Below, in pieces: positions 18,157-24,440 of a DNA stretch of 25,707 nucleotides. The number at the start of each line of letters is the position of its first letter. Within the stretch, counting starts at the first letter, position 1. A program made the translations under genes and the position numbers. Location: positions 1 through 25,707 of IMG/VR virus record IMGVR_UViG_3300024296_000385; one strand, written 5' to 3'. The stretch comes from a virus (lineage: Duplodnaviria; Caudoviricetes). Below the pieces are notes generated by a model, which was not told the origin of the DNA, did no database searches, and worked only from the letters and a program-made list of their open reading frames with translations.

Positions 18157-19130
18157 TCAAATCTTTCCCTAACCATGTCTACAAATAGTTTTACGTTGTC
18201 CTCTGGTGTCTCTTTATGTATGCCATGTCCTAGTCCGCATATCCAACCAGTTCTATCAATACGCTCCATGCTGTCAAGCCATTCCGATATTTCTTTCTTT
18301 AGGTATAGCCCAGGTGTCATCATTAACTTCTCATCGAAGTTGCCTTGTATAAATCCATCTTGGTATTTCTTAAACGTTCTGTGTATATCAACTGCACTAT
18401 CAATACCTAATCCTGCCCAACCCATTCTATACAGTGTAGGTAAACACTTATGATTTAGATGTTGTGTATAGTATCCTGTATCAGAATCTATTAGTGGTTG
18501 TAATAGATTAACGTAATGTGTTTTAAAGAAAGACTCACTCATGTTAGCCACACCACTATCAAGTATCATAACTTTCTCTGCACCTGCTTCTAGTTGTAAA
18601 TGTATGTTACGTGATAGCACAGGAACAATTACTTCTTCCATGTACGCTGCTTTCCATTTTAAATCCATGTTAGGTTTTTTACCTGTAGCATAATTTAACA
18701 ATGTCCATGGGCCGCCTACAAATCCTATTAGGCTTTTTGATTTATGTAGTTTCTCTCTAGTTGCAGAAACAGCAGCTTTCTGAAAGTGCATGTGTTCTAC
18801 TGCACGTGAAACGTTCTTATGATCTTTATAGTTGTCTTCGTTGATGTACCATTCAAACTGTGGACCTGGTGCAAACTTTAAAGGCACACCTAGTCCTTCA
18901 ATAGGAAATAGTATGTCGCTAAACAGTATTGCAATATCAAAATCAAATTGATCAATTGGTAGCATTGCTACATCAGCAGCCACCCTAGGTAACTTACACA
19001 TTTGTTCAAAGGTAAACTTCTCTTTCATCTCCATATAAGGTTGCTGATATCTTCCAGCTTGTCTCATCATCCATATCGGAGGGCAAGACTGTTCTACCCT
19101 ATTGCAGGCATTTTCAAATTTTTCATTCAT
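18153..19130 (-). CDS. hemE: uroporphyrinogen decarboxylase
   Basis: PIWMMRQAGRY, AILFSDIL, IGFVGGPWTL, QGNFD, LGHGI...TP. Confidence 0.95.
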   Translation of the reverse strand: MNEKFENACNRVEQSCPPIWMMRQAGRYQQPYMEMKEKFTFEQMCKLPRVAADVAMLPIDQFDFDIAILFSDILFPIEGLGVPLKFAPGPQFEWYINEDNYKDHKNVSRAVEHMHFQKAAVSATREKLHKSKSLIGFVGGPWTLLNYATGKKPNMDLKWKAAYMEEVIVPVLSRNIHLQLEAGAEKVMILDSGVANMSESFFKTHYVNLLQPLIDSDTGYYTQHLNHKCLPTLYRMGWAGLGIDSAVDIHRTFKKYQDGFIQGNFDEKLMMTPGLYLKKEISEWLDSMERIDRTGWICGLGHGIHKETPEDNVKLFVDMVRERFE

Positions 19131-19948
19131 ATAAGTTTCGTTCCTAGTTGTTCGCCAAGTTCTAGATAGTTTTCTTTCTTACCTATTACTTCACTGTACT
19201 TATCTGTTTCGAAGTTGTGAGCTCTAATCATTAAACAGTCACCAACAACACTAGATATACAACCAACCGCAGTATGACAGTCTCCGTCTATAACTTCAAG
19301 CATCTTACGTTCAGCCATTGCTCCTTTATACGTGTCTGCATCAGACGAACTGTTTAACAAATAACTTGCGGAACTTTTCTTTCTTGTTTGTAATGCTATA
19401 ACACCTTGACCAACTGCTGGTAACATTTCGTCAAAGTTAAATATCTTTGTTATCTTATGTTCTAATCCTAATGCTTCTAGTCCTGCAACAGCAAGTACAA
19501 TAGCATCATACTGTCCGCTTTCTACTTTAGAAATACGTGTGTCAATATTTCCTCTAATAGAAACTATCTCTGCATCTGGATATAATCTTTTTAGTTGTGC
19601 AATTCTGCGAGGACTACCTGTTCCTATCTTTGCACCTAATTTTGTAGGATCACCTATTACACAATCTCTAGGATCGCTACGATCTAGTACTGCTGATATC
19701 TCAAGAACATCATCTGAGTCTCTTGGTAAATCTTTTAAACTATGAACAGCAATATCAATTTCGTTATCTAATAACTTCTGCTCAATGGCCTTACAAAATA
19801 CTCCCTTGCCGCCCATTTCTAATATAGGCGTGTCTGGATTAATTTCTGCTTCTGTTTTTATCGTAACAATCTCTGGGTCACTTATTAGAGCCGCTGCTCT
19901 ACTTGCATACTGCAATGCTAGTTTACTTCCTCTAACGCCTATCTTCAT
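19127..19948 (-). CDS. hemC: hydroxymethylbilane synthase (porphobilinogen deaminase)
   Basis: GVRGSKLAL, GGKGVF, AVHSLKDLP, GTGSPRR, IRGNIDTR, PAVGQG, GDCHTAVG cofactor Cys. Confidence 0.95.
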   Translation of the reverse strand: MKIGVRGSKLALQYASRAAALISDPEIVTIKTEAEINPDTPILEMGGKGVFCKAIEQKLLDNEIDIAVHSLKDLPRDSDDVLEISAVLDRSDPRDCVIGDPTKLGAKIGTGSPRRIAQLKRLYPDAEIVSIRGNIDTRISKVESGQYDAIVLAVAGLEALGLEHKITKIFNFDEMLPAVGQGVIALQTRKKSSASYLLNSSSDADTYKGAMAERKMLEVIDGDCHTAVGCISSVVGDCLMIRAHNFETDKYSEVIGKKENYLELGEQLGTKLI

Positions 19949-20021
19949 TTCTAACCTTCCTTATGACCCAAGCAATGAATGCTAAGATAGCAGCAGTTAA
20001 TGCACCTATCCCAATGTTCAC
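19932..20021 (-). CDS. 29-aa single-TM micropeptide (MNIGIGALTAAILAFIAWVIRKVRNEDRR)
   Basis: GTG start overlaps the hemF stop (GTGA); the stop lies inside the hemC 5' end; ~19 hydrophobic residues then a basic tail. Confidence 0.55.
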   Translation of the reverse strand: MNIGIGALTAAILAFIAWVIRKVRNEDRR

Positions 20022-20836
20022 GGCCAACTCACATCTGGCGGTAAGCTCATTAAGATTGCTTCCATGTTACCACCTGTTTTAAAACCAAACTTAGTTCCAC
20101 GATCATATAATAAGTTGAACTCTACATATCGTCCACGTTTGATCTTTTGTATATCTTTATGCTCGTCTGTGTAGTTGTTGTTCATATAGTTAATTGCAGT
20201 TGTTCTCATTACATCTGCAAACTTAATGCCCATACGTTCTACAAATTTAAAGTCCATGTCCTCTGGTGAATAGTATTCAAAGAACAAACCTCCGATACCT
20301 CTTGTTTCTTTTCTGTGTGGCAAGTAAAAGTATTCATCACATGCTTTACTAAACTTATCGTACCAAGTTGTATCATATAAATCACAAATCTTTTTAAGCT
20401 CTTGGTGATACTTTACTTTAAACTTCTCGTCATCTAAGCAAGGAGTTAGATCCATACCACCACCAAACCATTCTTTGTCGTGTGTCTTAAGGTATCTTGT
20501 GTTGAAGTGCATTGCTGGTACCCAAGGATTAGTAGGGTGCAATACTACACTTATACCTGTGGCATAGTACTCTCTATTCTCATCAGTTGTGCCTGGAATC
20601 TCTTTTGCAAATTTTGGATCAAACTCTCCAGTAACACACGAGTAATTTACTGTACCTTTTTCAAATACGTTTCCACGTATAACTTTGTGTGTTTGAGTCC
20701 ATCCCTCTCTGCTTGAATGTCCACCTTGGTCCATTTTAATAGGATCTTTGGGTGTAAATCTAGCTTCTACTTCATTGATGTTATCTTCTATAATTTGCGC
20801 AAGTTGTGCAAACCATTCAGTATACAATGTGTTCAT
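20018..20836 (-). CDS. hemF: oxygen-dependent coproporphyrinogen III oxidase
   Basis: VFEKG.VN, ATGIS, HPTNP, MHFNTRY, WFGGGMDLTP, RGIGGLFF, RGRYVEFNLLYDRGTKFG, ILMSLPP. Confidence 0.97.
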   Translation of the reverse strand: MNTLYTEWFAQLAQIIEDNINEVEARFTPKDPIKMDQGGHSSREGWTQTHKVIRGNVFEKGTVNYSCVTGEFDPKFAKEIPGTTDENREYYATGISVVLHPTNPWVPAMHFNTRYLKTHDKEWFGGGMDLTPCLDDEKFKVKYHQELKKICDLYDTTWYDKFSKACDEYFYLPHRKETRGIGGLFFEYYSPEDMDFKFVERMGIKFADVMRTTAINYMNNNYTDEHKDIQKIKRGRYVEFNLLYDRGTKFGFKTGGNMEAILMSLPPDVSWP

Positions 20837-20841
20837 GGCAG

Positions 20842-20847
20842 TATTTA
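20842..20847 (-). promoter_or_regulatory. late promoter box 5 nt before the hemF ATG (leaderless)
   Basis: TAAATA-CTGCC-ATG with no SD between the terminator and the start codon. Confidence 0.6.
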
Positions 20848-20857
20848 AGTTGCACTC

Positions 20858-20889
20858 AAAAAGAAAGGCAGCAACCTGGCTACCTTTCT
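20858..20889 (-). terminator. rho-independent terminator upstream of the hem operon
   Basis: AGAAAGGTAGC-CAGGTT-GCTGCCTTTCT followed by TTTT on the minus strand. Confidence 0.8.
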
Positions 20890-20979
20890 CCCCTTCAAAT
20901 GTAATGTTCCTTAATCTTTTGGCTATGCCGTTTTTTGTATCTTCATCCTGATATTAGGAAACTATATTTGTGTATTTTT

Positions 20980-21249
20980 TTACTTTGAGGTCCCTGTTAC
21001 GAACTTGTAAAACTCCTCGGCTGTTTCTAAAACTTCTTTAGAACCTGGAATTTCTGGCATATCGACTTTGTTAAGTACTTGTCCAGTTTTTTCGTCACGC
21101 TTTGCAGATACTTCCCAACCCATCCACTTGTTTGAATATTCAAACTCTGTAAATGCTTTGGCCATGTCTAGCACTTCTGTGCGAATTTCGTAACCGTTTT
21201 TATTGAATTGCACTTTAGGCAGTGCGTCCTTGATTTTGTCTAATGACAT
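20980..21249 (-). CDS. conserved hypothetical phage protein (89 aa)
   Basis: NGYEIR..VL.MAK...P....VL..A..FY.FV pattern recalled from T4-like phage proteins; AAGGAG RBS with CA-rich leader. Confidence 0.75.
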   Translation of the reverse strand: MSLDKIKDALPKVQFNKNGYEIRTEVLDMAKAFTEFEYSNKWMGWEVSAKRDEKTGQVLNKVDMPEIPGSKEVLETAEEFYKFVTGTSK

Positions 21250-21282
21250 TTTACTTCTCCTTGTGTGTGTTGTGTGTTATGC

Positions 21283-21320
21283 TACATTAATAATGTAACA
21301 CTATTATTTACCTTTGTCAA
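21283..21320 (-). promoter_or_regulatory. sigma70 promoter with embedded late box and palindrome
   Basis: TTGACA-N17-TACATT with TGn; TAAATA at 21305-10; TACATTA-A-TAATGTA palindrome 21283-97. Confidence 0.65.
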
Positions 21321-21468
21321 CGCACTTAATGATTTTTCTTTTCCAAACACCTGCGTTGTAGGTGCCGCAAACCATTTATGCTATGTTTGCTCTCAGAAGC
21401 ACACACCTAAATATTACACTGACTTCAACGCTTGAGTGTTGTCAGGAAACAAGAAGGAGATAACCAAT

Positions 21469-21702
21469 ATGGAAATCTTAAATAAAGTAAAGGGTTGGGC
21501 GAGTGCAATTACCGAAGTAGGTGTTTCACTTATTTCATTAGCAATCGTTCTTGAAATCCTATTCAACGGACAGAACATTCCGTTCTGGCCAAACATCAGC
21601 GTAGTAGACAACATTACTGGAATGATAACAGCGTTATCAGCACAGGGCTTAGTTGGGTTAGTAGCTGTATGGGTGTTATATCATATCTATAATCGCAAAT
21701 AA
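21469..21702 (+). CDS. small two-TM membrane protein (77 aa; start moved to MEILNK)
   Basis: AAGGAG RBS; TAAATA at 21408-13; two hydrophobic helices. Confidence 0.75.
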   Translation: MEILNKVKGWASAITEVGVSLISLAIVLEILFNGQNIPFWPNISVVDNITGMITALSAQGLVGLVAVWVLYHIYNRK

Positions 21703-21727
21703 AAATATTTCATAACACAAAGAAGTT

Positions 21728-21770
21728 ATGGCAGAGCCGTCTTGGCGGACAGCTCTGTCATTTTTTATTT
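21728..21770 (+). terminator. terminator hairpin between convergent genes
   Basis: ATGGCAGAGC...GCTCTGTCAT stem followed by a T tract. Confidence 0.7.
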
Positions 21771-21965
21771 TACTTTCAAATTCGATGGATTATATTGTTC
21801 ACCATTATAACCTGGATATGTTTTATCTTCAACTCCAAAGTTACAACTAGCAACAATTAATAAAAATGCAATAGCGGTATAAGTTGTACGTTTCGACCAC
21901 AGTATGAAATTAGCAAACGCTTTCTCAGCCTGTGCTTGAGCCGTCGCCCTTACATCACTTTCCAT
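21765..21965 (-). CDS. aa3-type cytochrome c oxidase subunit IV-like protein (CtaH/COX4_pro_2-like)
   Basis: QAEKAFANFILWSK + one TM + N parallels the alphaproteobacterial subunit IV pattern (Q/H)ExTFxGFI..TM..N. Confidence 0.55.
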   Translation of the reverse strand: MESDVRATAQAQAEKAFANFILWSKRTTYTAIAFLLIVASCNFGVEDKTYPGYNGEQYNPSNLKVK

Positions 21966-22002
21966 TAATCCATTCAGCTTCGTCTTCGGTGTATGGCCAC
22001 AT
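21955..22002 (-). CDS. 15-aa micropeptide MWPYTEDEAEWINGK
   Basis: ATG overlaps the upstream stop (TAATG); fills the gap and overlaps the next start. Confidence 0.45.
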   Translation of the reverse strand: MWPYTEDEAEWINGK

Positions 22003-22256
22003 TATGCATGTCCTTTCCAAAATGCTACAGACTTTGACTTTCCTCTAAAGTAATGATCACCAGGCTCGTAGTTAGACTTGGCTTTCTTTACTCTTTCTAG
22101 TCTTTCAATTGCTCTACGCTTAACATTTCTTAAACGCTCTTGCTCGACTAATAAGTCTTTCGCTAACGTTGGGTAACCTTGTAAACGCATTAGATTTGCA
22201 GCTCTACCGTAACCAGCAATCTCTAAGTTGTTATACAGTTTTGTTATCAAAAGCAT
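22002..22256 (-). CDS. small basic protein with GxxRAAN...GY motif (84 aa)
   Basis: GGAGAG RBS; paralogous motif with the neighbouring ORF. Confidence 0.7.
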   Translation of the reverse strand: MLLITKLYNNLEIAGYGRAANLMRLQGYPTLAKDLLVEQERLRNVKRRAIERLERVKKAKSNYEPGDHYFRGKSKSVAFWKGHA

Positions 22257-22455
22257 TATCTCTCTCCGTCATCAGTTTCTTAGCCTCATTTAAATAACCC
22301 ATACGGGCAAGTTCATTAGCAGCTCTAGCACGACCTGCTGTTTCGCCAAAGGCAATTGTACCAACCCAAAATGCAAACAAAGCATTTCTGATAATGGTAC
22401 AAAGTTTACATGTAAAGTTCCATGTGGTTTGTGTTATCGCAGTCATTATACCCAT
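22231..22455 (-). CDS. small protein with GxxRAAN...GY motif (start may be ATG 22446)
   Basis: GRARAANELARMGY..AK.L; TAATG coupling at 22446. Confidence 0.7.
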   Translation of the reverse strand: MGIMTAITQTTWNFTCKLCTIIRNALFAFWVGTIAFGETAGRARAANELARMGYLNEAKKLMTERDNAFDNKTV

Positions 22456-22706
22456 CCTCTTAAATTCTTATTTGTAGTTGCAGTCATTCTCTTATCTTGG
22501 AAGTTACCTCTAGCAATACTTTCAATATCGCTACGGCCAATTCCTAAATCTTTTAGTTCATGATCTGTAAGGTTGCGTAATTCTCTACGAGTTGTTGCAA
22601 TCATAGCCTTGCGTGCTCTGTTGCGTCTCCATTGTTTAACTAAGTCTACAAGTCCTTCTAAAGCATCTTGCAGCAAGTGTGATACTGTCATAATTGCTTG
22701 TGTCAT
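22446..22706 (-). CDS. DUF1127 (YjiS-like) small protein
   Basis: WRR.R....TRRELRNLTDHELKDLGIGRSDI is the DUF1127 consensus; ends N.NLRGWV. Confidence 0.9.
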   Translation of the reverse strand: MTQAIMTVSHLLQDALEGLVDLVKQWRRNRARKAMIATTRRELRNLTDHELKDLGIGRSDIESIARGNFQDKRMTATTNKNLRGWV

Positions 22707-22885
22707 TAGTTCTTCACTCCCATTTTAGGACCGCGTCCTTCGTGGGTCATCATATAGTGATAAGCATAATACCAATCACTTCCGTACTCAGTTTTGGCGT
22801 AAGTGAGCATCTCTTTTTCGAAAGTCCTAGTCGGACTTGGGTTTCCAAGTAAACTCACAAGGCCATTGAATAGCATGGTTGCCAT
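22706..22885 (-). CDS. 59-aa hypothetical protein (MATMLFNG...YAKTEYGSDWYYAYHYM...)
   Basis: AAGGAG RBS; TAATG-coupled to DUF1127; below the ORF-track cutoff. Confidence 0.75.
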   Translation of the reverse strand: MATMLFNGLVSLLGNPSPTRTFEKEMLTYAKTEYGSDWYYAYHYMMTHEGRGPKMGVKN

Positions 22886-22910
22886 TTTTTTCTCCTTGAT
22901 TAAGTTTTGT

Positions 22911-23045
22911 GGATGCTTGAGGAAAGCAATACCCCGGAACTTCCCCGGCGGTGCGTGAACCTTTGGTCCCCGTCAATCACTTGTAAGGCATGGACAATGC
23001 CCCAGTCTTTCCTGGTGTCTGTATGTATATTTCGACAACTTCGAA
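22911..23045 (-). ncRNA. candidate structured leader RNA/sRNA upstream of the DUF1127 operon
   Basis: GC-rich non-coding tract with six short hairpins, downstream of TATAAATA. Family not recognised. Confidence 0.55.
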
Positions 23046-23078
23046 GGTTCCGACTGTCACCTTGCGCTTTGTCACCTG

Positions 23079-23086
23079 TATTTATA
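23079..23086 (-). promoter_or_regulatory. T4-like late promoter TATAAATA
   Basis: Exact consensus ~190 nt upstream of the first ORF of the DUF1127 operon. Confidence 0.65.
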
Positions 23087-23178
23087 TAATAGTACAGTAT
23101 TACTGCCCTAATCAGAGCGGTTTTTCATGCAAGGCTGTCATGCAATTTTTGCAACAATAAGTTGATAAATTAAAGTTC

Positions 23179-23229
23179 TTGACAGCCGTAAATCATTGTT
23201 GTATAATTTGTTACGTAAAAGGGTAAATA
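23179..23229 (+). promoter_or_regulatory. perfect sigma70 promoter followed by a late box
   Basis: TTGACA-N17-TATAAT 23179-23207; TAAATA 23224-29. Confidence 0.85.
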
Positions 23230-23255
23230 CACTTAGTAATATTTAGGAAAACACG

Positions 23256-23516
23256 ATGAAAATTAAAACAAGGTCGATTTTACAAGAACTTAACGAAATT
23301 GCAGATCGTAGAGATACAGAATCTCTAATACAGAGTCGTGCAACCAATATTATCAACTCAGCAATTAATTTAATTGAATCTATGCATAAACATTACGATC
23401 AAACAACAGCCATTGAGCTGGAGCGTAGATTTATAAATTCTATAAAAGGCTCAGATTCCTCTAAATTTGATAGAGGTATTAAACGAGTCGTTGAATCAAA
23501 GAAACGAGAACGCTAA
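23256..23516 (+). CDS. conserved hypothetical phage protein (86 aa)
   Basis: AGGA RBS; helical; first gene of a plus-strand operon. Confidence 0.75.
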   Translation: MKIKTRSILQELNEIADRRDTESLIQSRATNIINSAINLIESMHKHYDQTTAIELERRFINSIKGSDSSKFDRGIKRVVESKKRER

Positions 23517-23517
23517 C

Positions 23518-24294
23518 ATGACCCTACTTTTAGAAGGCGGTAACATATTTAAGGATGCGGAAGGTAAGCCAGCAACCATTAGGATTGCAAAGAGCGATGT
23601 ATTACCTACTGTCCAATGGTTGGAAGGAATTACTAACTTAGAACTCACAGACAATATGTTAGGAACAACTGGTAAGAAAGATACCAGTGGTGACTTAGAT
23701 CTCGCAGTCGATGTTTCGAGTACAACAAAAGCAGATTTAGAAGCTACGCTTCTTGCTTGGGTACAAGATAAAATCGGTGGCGAGGTTAACGGTAAAGAGT
23801 GGATACGTAAGTCAGGCATCAACGTACACTTTAAAACTCCGATCAAAGGGGATGATTCAAACGGCTTTGTGCAAACAGACTTTATGTTTGGTGATCCAGA
23901 TTGGATGAAGTTCAGCCTGCAGGGAAGTGGACCAAACTCACCTTATAAAGGTATGCATCGACACATCTTACTTTCCAGCATAGCAAAAACGAAGGGCATG
24001 AAATGGTCAGCAAATGAAGGACTGAAAGATAGAGAAACTAACGAATTGGTATCGCAAGACCCCAACCAAATCGCTAAGACTTTATTAGGCCAAACAGCAA
24101 CACCATCAACACTTGAATCAGTAGAGTCAATTGTTAACTTTATTAAGAAGTTACCAAACTACGAAGAACTTGTTGCCGACGCTGTTGAGTCTTTTGCAAG
24201 AGACGGTTTAGAATTACCGGACAATAAAAAAGTCGAAACTTACCAAGCGGATCACAATGCTTGGATGCGTAAACTTATAGACATTGTAAAATGA
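23518..24294 (+). CDS. Pol-beta-like nucleotidyltransferase fold protein (start moved to MTLLLEGGN)
   Basis: LGTTGKK..SGDLDLAVD and a distal VQTDFM give the G-x..DxD..D carboxylate triad. Confidence 0.6.
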   Translation: MTLLLEGGNIFKDAEGKPATIRIAKSDVLPTVQWLEGITNLELTDNMLGTTGKKDTSGDLDLAVDVSSTTKADLEATLLAWVQDKIGGEVNGKEWIRKSGINVHFKTPIKGDDSNGFVQTDFMFGDPDWMKFSLQGSGPNSPYKGMHRHILLSSIAKTKGMKWSANEGLKDRETNELVSQDPNQIAKTLLGQTATPSTLESVESIVNFIKKLPNYEELVADAVESFARDGLELPDNKKVETYQADHNAWMRKLIDIVK

Positions 24295-24440
24295 AGATAA
24301 GTGAGGTCGTAGACATACGCTATTCGATAGCTGACAAACTTTCTAAGATGCATAAAGTAGGACCCGTGTATGGCAAAAAAGACTTGAATGTGCCACACGC
24401 AACATACGTAGATAAAACTAAGAAGAAGAAAAAAGCATGA
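24291..24440 (+). CDS. 49-aa basic protein MKISEVVDIR...KTKKKKKA
   Basis: ATGA overlaps at both ends; below the ORF-track cutoff. Confidence 0.7.
   Translation: MKISEVVDIRYSIADKLSKMHKVGPVYGKKDLNVPHATYVDKTKKKKKA

Noticed and set aside
15715-21249. A hidden hemD, hemJ/hemG/hemY or hemH completing the pathway
   Set aside because: No ORF in or near the operon shows the motifs or size of these enzymes; the SAM methyltransferase is class I, not a CysG/CobA-type tetrapyrrole methylase.
21261-21278. TG/CA microsatellite-like run
   Set aside because: Too short for a repeat array; better explained as an unstructured CA-rich leader before the AAGGAG RBS.
22907-23089. 60-aa plus-strand ORF, and a possible cobalamin riboswitch
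   Set aside because: The ORF has no RBS and is antisense to the structured leader. No B12-box or other recognisable riboswitch core was seen.
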